Shown: positions 10,239 to 19,907, counted from the first letter of the stretch. The stretch: DNA of 64,000 nt from Promethearchaeota archaeon (GCA_019894715.1 JAGXOA010000259.1:225-64224); one strand, 5' to 3'. Made by a program: numbers and translations. Notes: generated by a model not told the origin, from the sequence alone.

Positions 10239-13139
10239 ATGATCGAGAGAAAAATGAAATTACATTCAAATATTAGTAGCAAGGTAGTATTTTTGATGAT
10301 GTTAATTGTTTTTTCAGCGTTTTTTATATCAAAAACAAGTACTCAATTATCTGCTGAACAATATATCAGTAAAGATAATATAATTTCGACTTCTGATCTA
10401 AAAAGTAATTCTAAAATTATTGAAGATATTTTAGATGGATGGATTGCAAATTATAGTGAAAATAATTATTTTTCTCAAGAATATATTCCATCGTTACAAG
10501 GTACCTTTTATGCTCTATATATATTTGAAGCTTTAGATAAGCTTGATATAATTAATCAGACTAATATAGGAAATTATGTATTGGATCAATTTAATGATGA
10601 TTATAATTTTTTTATAGATGATTATGTAAATCGTTATATGGATCAGAATTATAACTGGGAATTCTATCCATTAACTTCTATACTGGAAATAAATTGTTAT
10701 GCTATTTTAACATTAGATATATTGGATCAATTAGATAAAATTAATACAGAAGATATGATTCAATTTATTTGGAGTTGTTATGATTCTAATGCAGGAGGAT
10801 TTATTGGCCAGACCTATGATCCTAATTTGGAAGAGGGATTTAAAACCGCAACTTTAGATAATACATATTATGCAGTAAAAACTCTTGATATTTTAATGGA
10901 GAATTGGAATGCTTATACAAACGAGATAGATGCAATTATCAATTATATTAATGATCTCCAAAATACAATACCAGAACCGATATTTTTTGGAGGTTTTTTA
11001 AATGATAATAATTCTGAACTAGATTCATTAAAGATTTTTGAACCAAACATATTATCATCTTATTACGCAATCAAAACATTAGAGATATTCAATATGATAG
11101 GGACAATCAGAATTGATGACATCAATCAATATTTTGATTTCTTATATCAAGAAGAGCATAATTATTTTGAGTTTTCAGTAAAAATAGGATATGCTAACTT
11201 TGCTGCAACAAGTATAGGTTTAGATCTTTCAATTATAACTGGAAATACAAATATAAATGAGACAGCGTTATTAGAATTTCTAATAGACAATAGAAATGAA
11301 TTTGGTATTTGGGATATATCTACTTCTTATTATAATTCTCATGAACTAATAGATACATTTCAAATTATAAGATCATTAAGAGAATCCCAAAATTTAAATA
11401 TTTTAACTTCAATAGATAAAATTAAAATAACCAATGCGTTGAACATGTATAAAAGCTATAAGGGATATGCGTTTACATCAAATAAATTAACAAAACAAGA
11501 ATTTTTATATTCAATTATAGAATCATTTGATCTTTATGATAGAATCTCAGATTTGGATATTCATGAACTATATAAAAAAATAGAATTTTCTTATTATAAA
11601 CTAAATAACGAAAGTTGTGGATTTTATTCATATATAAATATCAATGAAAATTACAATCAATATAGAACTTATCCTGTTGAGCATTTTAATTTCGGGGAGC
11701 ATAATCATTTACAAGAGATTGACTATATATATTCACATAAAAATGTTTATATGGCATTAAAATCATTGGAAATATTATATAAATTAGATGATTTTGAGGT
11801 AGTTAACAATTTAGAGGAATTATTAAATAGTACGATAAATAGTCAATTTTTACAGGAATCTTCAGAAAAATTTGGATTATTTCTATCCTATTTACCACCC
11901 AATTTTTTTTCTATAGAAAGAAAGGAAAAATTAATATTTTTTGAACATGCTTATTATGCTGTAAAAACAATAGAGTATCTTTCTCAATATTTAAATTTAG
12001 GGAATATATCTCAGATGATATTGGATAAAACAGCTTTGATTACTTATTTAGTAAAGAATATTGTTGAAACACCTACTACTATGTATTTTAATGACAGTTA
12101 TAATTTTAATATTGAAAACACTTTACAAAATACATATTTTCTTATTGATATGTCAGATATTTTAGGGGAATCCCTAATAGATGCACAAAAGATAAGAACG
12201 TTTATTTTAGAAAATATTGACTATACAAACATTAAAAATATCTATTATTGCTATAAAATAAATGAGATTCTTAGTCTAGATATAAATTTCAATTTTAATC
12301 TGGCTCAATCATTAGTTAAGGTGATATATTCAGAACAATCAAATAATTTTTATTTGACTTCTGACCATGAAAGAATAGATTCTGAAATTCTTTATTGGAT
12401 TTGTTATATGGCTAAAAATAATGATTTAGAAATTAATATGGAATTTGAGGAGAATATATTGATTCATAGTGAGAATTTTTTTAACATTTCTATAAATAAT
12501 ATCATATTAGAGGATTACAGTCCTTATAGCATTGTTAAATTCGAAAGTGATCAATTAGGTACGATATTACTAAATAAACAAGAAGATAATTCTTTTTATG
12601 GTATTATTTCTATTCCATTAGATTCAAGCAACTACCCTGTGGTTTATGGAAATATCAGTCTTTATGAAGGTACATTACCAATATTTACAAAAAATATATC
12701 AATACAAACATCCTACAGTCTTGATTATTCATATAATATTACTAAAATAGGAGATTCTATATCTGTTGAATTAAATTCATCATTAATTACTGGATATGGA
12801 AGAGAAGCATTTTCTGAGAAAGAGGCATTTTTAGAAATCTATATCAATGAAGCTCTAATTAGAACAGAATCTTTATCAATGACAGAAGAAAATTCTTGGA
12901 ATGAATTCTTAACATCTTATAAAATGAGTCAATCAGGAGATTATACATTTAAATTATTTCTGGATGATGGTTTAGCTTCTGAACCATTAGAAATAACAGT
13001 TTTTGAAACAAATCATAATGAAAATGTTTTAATAAATCCATCTACATTAATGATGCCTTTGGGAATTTTTATGATTGGTATGCCAGGATCTCTATTTGTT
13101 TATACTACATATCGTAAAAATAAAAATAAATTAGGTTAA
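10239..13139 (+). CDS. large secreted, C-terminally anchored protein with prenyltransferase/terpene-cyclase-like alpha-alpha repeats
   Basis: N-terminal signal/TM (VVFLMMLIVFSAFFI) and C-terminal TM plus basic tail (LMMPLGIFMIGMPGSLFVYTTYRKNKNK). Recurrent GGF..x..YYA(V/I)KTL(D/E)I(L/F) units, e.g. NAGGFIGQTYDP...TYYAVKTLDIL and FFGGFLNDNN...SYYAIKTLEIF. Confidence 0.6.
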   Translation: MIERKMKLHSNISSKVVFLMMLIVFSAFFISKTSTQLSAEQYISKDNIISTSDLKSNSKIIEDILDGWIANYSENNYFSQEYIPSLQGTFYALYIFEALDKLDIINQTNIGNYVLDQFNDDYNFFIDDYVNRYMDQNYNWEFYPLTSILEINCYAILTLDILDQLDKINTEDMIQFIWSCYDSNAGGFIGQTYDPNLEEGFKTATLDNTYYAVKTLDILMENWNAYTNEIDAIINYINDLQNTIPEPIFFGGFLNDNNSELDSLKIFEPNILSSYYAIKTLEIFNMIGTIRIDDINQYFDFLYQEEHNYFEFSVKIGYANFAATSIGLDLSIITGNTNINETALLEFLIDNRNEFGIWDISTSYYNSHELIDTFQIIRSLRESQNLNILTSIDKIKITNALNMYKSYKGYAFTSNKLTKQEFLYSIIESFDLYDRISDLDIHELYKKIEFSYYKLNNESCGFYSYININENYNQYRTYPVEHFNFGEHNHLQEIDYIYSHKNVYMALKSLEILYKLDDFEVVNNLEELLNSTINSQFLQESSEKFGLFLSYLPPNFFSIERKEKLIFFEHAYYAVKTIEYLSQYLNLGNISQMILDKTALITYLVKNIVETPTTMYFNDSYNFNIENTLQNTYFLIDMSDILGESLIDAQKIRTFILENIDYTNIKNIYYCYKINEILSLDINFNFNLAQSLVKVIYSEQSNNFYLTSDHERIDSEILYWICYMAKNNDLEINMEFEENILIHSENFFNISINNIILEDYSPYSIVKFESDQLGTILLNKQEDNSFYGIISIPLDSSNYPVVYGNISLYEGTLPIFTKNISIQTSYSLDYSYNITKIGDSISVELNSSLITGYGREAFSEKEAFLEIYINEALIRTESLSMTEENSWNEFLTSYKMSQSGDYTFKLFLDDGLASEPLEITVFETNHNENVLINPSTLMMPLGIFMIGMPGSLFVYTTYRKNKNKLG

Positions 13140-13153
13140 TTTTATTCTATATA

Positions 13154-13166
13154 TTTTTTTCTTTTT
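13154..13166 (+). terminator. T7-C-T5 run after the 966-aa gene
   Basis: Oligo-T tract 15 nt downstream of stop 13139. Confidence 0.4.
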
Positions 13167-13280
13167 GTATTCTATTTTTATTCAATTTTGAATACATGTC
13201 ACAATTTTTATTAAAAATTATTAGAGGATTCAAAGGATATTAAGATAGATAAACAATTTAATTAATCGATTTATCAGCAG

Positions 13281-13326
13281 TCGAACTACCACGCCCTAAA
13301 GGACGTGGCTTTCTGGTGGAAGACGG
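13281..13326 (-). mobile_element. 46-bp single-hairpin IS200/IS605-derived mini-element
   Basis: In element orientation it reads TTAC|CCGTCTTCCACCAGAAAGCCACGTCC-TTTA-GGGCGTGGTAGTTCGA|. 8-bp stem (one G.U) with a 4-nt loop. The left arm matches the left ends and the right arm matches the right ends of the larger copies. Confidence 0.7.
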
Positions 13327-13906
13327 GTAAATATCAAATAGAAAATTCAAAGCTTAACTTTTTAATAATTTTGGCTTTAATAAAGAAGATCTTAAAAGAA
13401 ATTAATAAAAATTATTAACAATACAGAAAAATCCAATAATTAATATAAACTACTTTGATATCTCTTTCTTGAGATTTTTTATGTGATAATTATCTTTAGA
13501 AATTTTTAATCTATTTAAGTTAGAAGGTTTGAATTTAGAATATGGAATAATAATACTTGATATAATAAATTCAAAGCTAATTGAATTTGATATCTCATCA
13601 ATATTCACTTTTAGGTGATAATTCTTATTTTTTACTTTTGAACTCATAAATCATCTATTTTTTTTTAAAAACATATAATTCATAAGTATTTAAAGAAAAA
13701 TTAGAATTTTTTAAGTTCTTTCAAATATAGTTTCATAAAGTATCTTTGGCTTTTGCACAAATCTACAATTTAATTTTCTATTCTCCTTTAATTACTAGGC
13801 GATAATATCAATTTATCTAATTTCTGATAAATATATCTACTTTAAGATGATAATATTAAAAAAAAAAGAATAGTCTTTTTTAATATGAAGATAATTAGGT
13901 TTTTTC

Positions 13907-13914
13907 TTTAAATA
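13907..13914 (+). promoter_or_regulatory. TATA box (TTTAAATA), leaderless promoter of 13941 gene
   Basis: tttttCTTTAAATAGATCTA. ATG 13941 lies 26 nt after the TATA box. Confidence 0.65.
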
Positions 13915-13940
13915 GATCTATCTAAAATTATTGTTTGATT

Positions 13941-15533
13941 ATGACAAATGTAATTGGAAATATATCAGAAAGTCTTCTTGAAAATGAATGGGATTTAGAT
14001 TTTTATCTTAAGATGGCAAAAAAAGCCCTTGAAAGTGCTGATTATAATAAAGCAATAAATATTATCAAAAAAGGCAATAATATTGCTATAAAATTTAAAA
14101 ATACCAATTATATTAAGGAATTTAAGAATTTAATTAGAGAATTAGATAAAAAAGAAACAAATTTAGACATTTGCACTGATGAAAAGATAGATCTACTTAA
14201 AATTAAAGGTATTGGGAAATCTTTAGCAATTAAATTAGGAGAAGCAGGATTTGGTTCAATTGAACAATTAGCTAATACAACCCCCGAAAGATTATCTATA
14301 GTTAGAGGAATTAGTGTCAATAATGCTAAAAATTTTATAAAATTATCAAATGATTATGTCATTCAGAATACTAAACCTGAAATTTTTAATACGATTCAAA
14401 TTAAGGAAGAATTTTCATTAATAGAAGATAAAAATTCATCAGAAAATCAAGTGAGTAATTCTATCGAAAGAAGAAAATTTAAACTTGAAAAAGAATTTAC
14501 TCGAAAGGGTTATAATTTAATAAGGTCTATTTATGATATCTTAGGATATGATCTCCTTGCTATTAAAATTTTAGAGATCAATAAGAAAGAATCAATTATT
14601 TTCTTAGTACCAATAAAAATAAATGATTTTAATCACCCTATAGTAATATCTGAGAAAGGAATTAGCATTCCAAATCCAGAAAAAAACCAAGATCGTTTAG
14701 AATATATTCAAAATGAGCTAGAAACATTACAAAAGACACAAAGAAATATTTATATGAATTTGTGTGACAATGGTTCTCTTTACAATTTTTTAAACAAATG
14801 TTTTAAATATAATTTTAAGATTGAGTTTAGAAATAATACAGATTTATTTTTTCGTTCTGAATCAATTGAATACAAGATTTTTATCTCCCCGATCTTTATT
14901 TGTCAACAGAAGCCAGGATTCATTGAAAAGATAGTACCTTATCCTTATCAGAGAAGTTCAAATATCCATTTTATTCCATATGAAAATTTATCTAAATTTC
15001 TTGATTTTATAGAAAAAAAATATTACCTAATAAGAAAATATGAAAATAATAAAATTACTAATATATCTGAGGGAGATTTTAAAACTGAACTAATTAGCAA
15101 ATTACAACAATTTTCTATTCCATTTCTTGCTTTAGGAATCTTAATGTATCTGATTTATCCCTTTTTTATAGATTATATAAAAATTATCATTGGAATTAGT
15201 TCAGGAATTGTATTATCATATTCAATATTACTAACATATTATTATATTAACTATAAAAAAAGAATCCAGAATCAAAGTATTTCAGGAAAAGATATTCTGC
15301 ACAAGAAAGATGTAAAACTTGATGAAATTGATTTAGAACTTATCGGACAAGAACTAAATAAAGAAGATATGACCCAATTTATTTATGAATGTTTTGGAAA
15401 AGACCATACTTTAGAAAAACTAATCTATAAAGATAAAAAACTTTCAAATATAGCACCAAAAAAAGAAAATCGTACAAATAGATCTCAAAAAGAAGATATA
15501 ATTAAAAAATATACAGATTTTCTTGAAGATTAG
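13941..15533 (+). CDS. membrane-anchored helix-hairpin-helix (HhH) protein, function unknown
   Basis: LLKIKGIGKSLAIKLGEAGFGSIEQLANTTPERLSIVRGISVNNAKNFI forms two HhH motifs. Two TM helices near residue 400 (IPFLALGILMYLIYPFF, IIIGISSGIVLSYSILLTYYYI). The track start at TTG 13935 is probably an artefact and ATG 13941 is preferred. Confidence 0.6.
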   Translation: MTNVIGNISESLLENEWDLDFYLKMAKKALESADYNKAINIIKKGNNIAIKFKNTNYIKEFKNLIRELDKKETNLDICTDEKIDLLKIKGIGKSLAIKLGEAGFGSIEQLANTTPERLSIVRGISVNNAKNFIKLSNDYVIQNTKPEIFNTIQIKEEFSLIEDKNSSENQVSNSIERRKFKLEKEFTRKGYNLIRSIYDILGYDLLAIKILEINKKESIIFLVPIKINDFNHPIVISEKGISIPNPEKNQDRLEYIQNELETLQKTQRNIYMNLCDNGSLYNFLNKCFKYNFKIEFRNNTDLFFRSESIEYKIFISPIFICQQKPGFIEKIVPYPYQRSSNIHFIPYENLSKFLDFIEKKYYLIRKYENNKITNISEGDFKTELISKLQQFSIPFLALGILMYLIYPFFIDYIKIIIGISSGIVLSYSILLTYYYINYKKRIQNQSISGKDILHKKDVKLDEIDLELIGQELNKEDMTQFIYECFGKDHTLEKLIYKDKKLSNIAPKKENRTNRSQKEDIIKKYTDFLED

Positions 15534-15550
15534 ATGCTTAAGATTTTTCC

Positions 15551-15558
15551 TTTAAATA
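15551..15558 (+). promoter_or_regulatory. TATA box (TTTAAATA), leaderless promoter of 15583 gene
   Basis: tttttCCTTTAAATATATC. ATG 15583 lies 24 nt after the TATA box. Confidence 0.65.
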
Positions 15559-15582
15559 TATCAATATTATTTTTATTTGATC

Positions 15583-16305
15583 ATGAAAACACAGATAATT
15601 TTTAAAATAACTTTTATTATTGGAATTGCTTTATCTTTCCTTTCATTGTTTTTTGACTATTATAATTATAAAGGCTATAATGAAACTGGTGAATTAGTCT
15701 TATCTTGGAATCTTAGTTTTATTTTTAATTGGACTACCTCTTTAGATGAAACGAGTTATAATGATGTGTTAAGACCCCAAAATTTAGGAATTCCTATTGA
15801 AATTCATATTATATTTATTGTTTTATTGATAGTTTCAATATTCATTATTTTATTTAAAGATATTATAGGTGCCAAGGATTTTAAAAATTTACAACCATAT
15901 GTGTATATCCTATTTGCTTTAGTCTTATTTCTTGGTTTCTATATCTTCATCATACCTATTTTTTATTTGATCAACAATAAGTTGTTATTCCCAATTATTA
16001 CATATCCAAATGAAGATATTGGTATCATTTTTCATTATTCTATTAATTTTGGATATTTACTAGAATTTATTTCATTTATTTTAATATTTCCATATGTAGC
16101 TCTCTATTTCTATATAATTCAAAATTATGAGATTACTCAAGATGATTTTGAAAAGAAATTAAAAGAAATCTTAATAAAAGAAAATGAACCTTTTGATATT
16201 GATAAATTCATAGCAGAGGAATATATAAAAACTCAATTTCAAAAAGTACAGAGAAATGAAGAGCTTAAGCTTAAAAGTCAAATAATCCATGAAGGGGGGA
16301 TCTAA
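15583..16305 (+). CDS. polytopic membrane protein, function unknown
   Basis: About 5-6 hydrophobic helices and a charged C-terminal tail. ATG 15583 is preferred over the track start TTG 15577. Confidence 0.55.
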   Translation: MKTQIIFKITFIIGIALSFLSLFFDYYNYKGYNETGELVLSWNLSFIFNWTTSLDETSYNDVLRPQNLGIPIEIHIIFIVLLIVSIFIILFKDIIGAKDFKNLQPYVYILFALVLFLGFYIFIIPIFYLINNKLLFPIITYPNEDIGIIFHYSINFGYLLEFISFILIFPYVALYFYIIQNYEITQDDFEKKLKEILIKENEPFDIDKFIAEEYIKTQFQKVQRNEELKLKSQIIHEGGI

Positions 16306-17166
16306 TTGATAAATGACGAAATAGTTGATTATAAATTAAGAGAGCTTATCATTGTATGCAAAAAGACTCATAATTATAAAAAATTAGCAGTAGCTTGTTT
16401 TATTTTATTAAGTAATCGAATAAATGAAATTGGATTAAGATTAGGAACAAGATTACGTGATAGAAAGAAGGATGAGAACATTTATGAATATATGATGGAC
16501 ATAAATAGAATTTCTGAAGATAATTTTAAAATTCAATTTTTTAATCTTGAACTCATTAAAACTTGTAAACGAATTGAACTCCTTTTTTTAAGATCTAAAG
16601 GAAATTTTTCTTTACAACAAATATCAGAGGTTTTTGAAATATATTATGAATTAAGAAAAATAGAGGTCCCAGATCTCAACAAAAGGTTAGATAAACAATA
16701 TTTTAAAGGATTTAACACATTATCAAAACCATCTTCAAGGATTAAAAATAAAGCAAGAAATCAAAACAATAACCAAATAAAAAATTTAATGTTGTATAAA
16801 ATTACCAAGAAGGAGGAAAATATAAGAAATCAGCTGAAAAAAAATTTTAATCCTGAACTGTGTGAAAAGGTAATAGCTCTTCAACAATCTATAAAATCTT
16901 TAGAAAGAAATACTGATAATAAAATTAAAATTCACGGATGTTTAAAAGATAATTTTGTTCACAAAGATTCTAAATATAAAATTATAGGTTTTTTTCTCCT
17001 AGGTGTATTTGTAGCATTTCTTTTATTTGGTATTTGTATGATTTATGAAGCAATGGACTATCCACTTATTTTAGAAGGAATAGGACCATTTATACTTATG
17101 ATATTTGGTTTATGTCTGCTCATATTTTTTATTTATTGGAATTTTTTTATAAAAGAGGAAAAATAA
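16306..17166 (+). CDS. hypothetical protein with C-terminal double TM anchor
   Basis: The TTG start immediately follows stop 16305 (coupled). Basic/coiled N-terminal 220 aa, then IIGFFLLGVFVAFLLFGICMIY and GPFILMIFGLCLLIFFIYWNFF. Confidence 0.5.
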   Translation: MINDEIVDYKLRELIIVCKKTHNYKKLAVACFILLSNRINEIGLRLGTRLRDRKKDENIYEYMMDINRISEDNFKIQFFNLELIKTCKRIELLFLRSKGNFSLQQISEVFEIYYELRKIEVPDLNKRLDKQYFKGFNTLSKPSSRIKNKARNQNNNQIKNLMLYKITKKEENIRNQLKKNFNPELCEKVIALQQSIKSLERNTDNKIKIHGCLKDNFVHKDSKYKIIGFFLLGVFVAFLLFGICMIYEAMDYPLILEGIGPFILMIFGLCLLIFFIYWNFFIKEEK

Positions 17167-17802
17167 CTCACGTTTAAACCAATTAATGTTTAAAAGGAAA
17201 ATGAAGGGAATGAGAAACGCAAAGATTTTTTACTTTTTTAAGAGATAAAAAAGATAGTCATTTATATTTTGTTAAAAGTTATTTTTTTTGGCAAAAAAAA
17301 TGCCTTTTTATGTTAATAAATTTATAAAGAAATTATAGGATGATAAATATATACCTACTCAACAAGATAAAGATTTAATTGAAAAGAATGAAGCATTAAA
17401 GGAGACAACTAAATTGATTATAGAAAAGACATTTATGCAAATCTTTAATCAATTAAACGTCATTAAATGGTTCTTAGGCATAATTGATCCTGGAACATTG
17501 AATGATATAGAATCTGAAATTAAAGTATTTCAAAATCAATATTTAAATCTTAGTACAAAACTAGATAATTATACCAGACAAAATAAGAACCTATGTTAAC
17601 AATGGTGCAGAGAGTAAACTAGCTCGATAATTACCGAACTTTATTTACTAAAAACAGAATCCAAAGACCACGTAATACAGATATAAAAAGATATCAAAAT
17701 GATTACTTACCTAAAGGATATAAGGACTTAATAAAAGAGGATTAATCACATCTATTTTAAGATAATTAGAAAAAAAAAAGAGATAAATAATTAAATGAAT
17801 AT

Positions 17803-18663
17803 CTAAAGTGATAATTTAATTATTTCCATTTTCATATAATCATATCCTATAATCTCAGGGGCAAGAATTCTCTTTTTAATTTTTAGAATTCCTGAAAATA
17901 TCAGATCAAAAGCAATATAAGAAGCAGATAATCTAACAATTGGGGCTAAAGAACGAAGAGGAATCTGGCCATTTAACATTTGATTTAAAGCTCCTTTTTC
18001 TCGATCTAAAAATTTTGTAAAACCAGGTAAACCTAAGATCTTTGGAATCAATGCCTTCTTTACATCTGAAATAATCTTCTCTCCAGAAGACCTTAACTCT
18101 TGGATAGGTTTATCTTTTATTCTTAATCCATAAATTTCTTCATATTCTGCATTCTCCTCAGTGAACCACCATGAATATAAATATGGTACTGCCCAAGATT
18201 CAATAATTGGGATTTTATGGTTACGACAATATCTTGCAATAAGAATGGAAGTTAAAGGATCATCCAATGCAAGATTTACAACTTTTACATCCTTCAGAAC
18301 CTCAGAAATATTATTCTCATCAATTTTTAAATATTTCTTAATCTGAGAATTTGGATTAATTTGAGTTAAAAGTTCTTCTAAAACATCAATTTTATATTTT
18401 CCTAAGTCTTGAGTTCCACATAATTGTCTATTGAGATTAGATTGTTCAAATATATCATTATCACAAATAGCAATATTTTCATTTCCAGAACGAATTAACT
18501 GCTCAGCTACGGAGCCACCTAATCCCCCTACGCCCAAAACCGCAACTTTTGTTCTCCTAATTCTTTCTTGTTCATCAATGGTTACATATCCAATATTTCT
18601 ATTAATATGATCCCAATAATTCTCAGACCAATTCTTGAATTTCTTTAATTTACTTATTTTAAT
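17803..18663 (-). CDS. ThiF/MoeB/E1-superfamily adenylyltransferase
   Basis: Rossmann motif KVAVLGVGGLGGSVAEQLIRSG plus ICDNDIFEQSNLNRQ. The track starts at TTG 18537, inside the beta1-GxGxxG unit. The frame is open upstream to 18663 with no ATG/GTG/TTG, and GAGGTG lies at 18672..18667. The start is therefore uncertain (ATT 18663 or ATA 18657?). Confidence 0.65.
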   Translation of the reverse strand: MKISKLKKFKNWSENYWDHINRNIGYVTIDEQERIRRTKVAVLGVGGLGGSVAEQLIRSGNENIAICDNDIFEQSNLNRQLCGTQDLGKYKIDVLEELLTQINPNSQIKKYLKIDENNISEVLKDVKVVNLALDDPLTSILIARYCRNHKIPIIESWAVPYLYSWWFTEENAEYEEIYGLRIKDKPIQELRSSGEKIISDVKKALIPKILGLPGFTKFLDREKGALNQMLNGQIPLRSLAPIVRLSASYIAFDLIFSGILKIKKRILAPEIIGYDYMKMEIIKLSL

Positions 18664-18678
18664 TCACACCTCAATAAT

Positions 18679-19749
18679 CTAATTTAACTTATACTCCAGA
18701 ATAAGATGTCTACGATCTCTTATTCCATTTATATATTTTTTAACAAACTCTATTGCTCTCTTATTATCAATCCCTATAGAATTTGTATAATATTTCATAC
18801 GATCCCCTCTTTTGGGATTTATTACGTTTGGTAAAGCTTTGCAATACATAAATATAGATAATCCCCTCCCTTGGAAGTCCTTTTCTATAACAACATGTTC
18901 TATTGACGCTGATAATAGTCTTCCATGCTTATCTTTTAAAAAGGGGTTAGGAGCAAGATGACCACAAGCAATAATTCTTTCTGTAGGTTTATGTTTTATA
19001 ACCCATATTAAAAAATCTTTTTTATAACTAAATAAATAATCAAATAGAACATGAACATTCTTCTCTGTATTTGGAGTGATTTTACTATAACTAGGCATAT
19101 TATTCTTATGTAACTTGATCATATCATTCAAATAAAGATGCAGATTCTCTTTTATAATATTTATATATTCAAATTCAGAGAAATCATAGGAACCAGAAAT
19201 CTTATTAGGATCACATCGAATAACTCGAGTATAATAAGTTTCTTCAATATATTTGACATAAAATCCATTTTTAAAAAATAATCTCTGATAAATTGGCGGA
19301 TTTATTGGTTTATTTGTACAAAGCTGCTTATTACTACCTTCTTCCATAAGACCAAAACCAAAAATAATTACTGGAATATTAACTGGACCAACTATTTTCT
19401 TAAAATTATTTTTTTTTGCATATTTTTTCAATTCATTAATAAGTAAGTTGATTTTATAAGGGTTATGATCATATGCGCCAAAATAACCAAAAAAAAGCAC
19501 ATCTGGATCATCATTAAATAAAATACTTAATCCTACTACATTATCTCCATTATCTCGAAATAAATGATGATTTTCTTTGTTAACTAATAAAATGGCTTTT
19601 ACATCATAATTTTTGAAAGTTCTAATAAGAAAATTTCTAAATTTAGGAAGAATTGGAATAAATGTTCCAATCTGAAGATGATTTAGTATTTTTTTATGGC
19701 TATTTTCCAAATATACTTGATATTTAGGTCTTGAAATTAAAATTTGCAT
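18679..19749 (-). CDS. two-domain GNAT-like acyltransferase
   Basis: C-terminal motif A VVIEKDFQGRGLSIFMY (Q/RxxGxG/A type). About 200 aa N-terminal domain of similar size. Substrate unknown. Confidence 0.5.
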   Translation of the reverse strand: MQILISRPKYQVYLENSHKKILNHLQIGTFIPILPKFRNFLIRTFKNYDVKAILLVNKENHHLFRDNGDNVVGLSILFNDDPDVLFFGYFGAYDHNPYKINLLINELKKYAKKNNFKKIVGPVNIPVIIFGFGLMEEGSNKQLCTNKPINPPIYQRLFFKNGFYVKYIEETYYTRVIRCDPNKISGSYDFSEFEYINIIKENLHLYLNDMIKLHKNNMPSYSKITPNTEKNVHVLFDYLFSYKKDFLIWVIKHKPTERIIACGHLAPNPFLKDKHGRLLSASIEHVVIEKDFQGRGLSIFMYCKALPNVINPKRGDRMKYYTNSIGIDNKRAIEFVKKYINGIRDRRHLILEYKLN

Positions 19750-19845
19750 ACCTTATACCTACAATTAAATTGTATTATAGGCATAATATTATCTTAATAT
19801 TTAAAGAAAAAATCTTCTTCCTATATTATCGATTTTCTTTTTTTC

Positions 19846-19853
19846 TTTAAATA
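19846..19853 (+). promoter_or_regulatory. TATA box (TTTAAATA) in the tttttttCTTTAAATACTCC motif
   Basis: Conserved motif 54 nt upstream of ATG 19908. Confidence 0.5.
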
Positions 19854-19907
19854 CTCCCATATTATTTTAGTCGTAATTGACAAGAAAAATTAAATTTCAA
19901 TAATAAT

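Noticed and set aside
17709-17728. CTTACCTAAAGGATATAAGG contains the CCTAAAGG loop motif.
   Set aside because: Only a 4-bp stem, and no flanking GAACTACCAC or GGCTTTCT arms. Probably coincidental, or too decayed to call.
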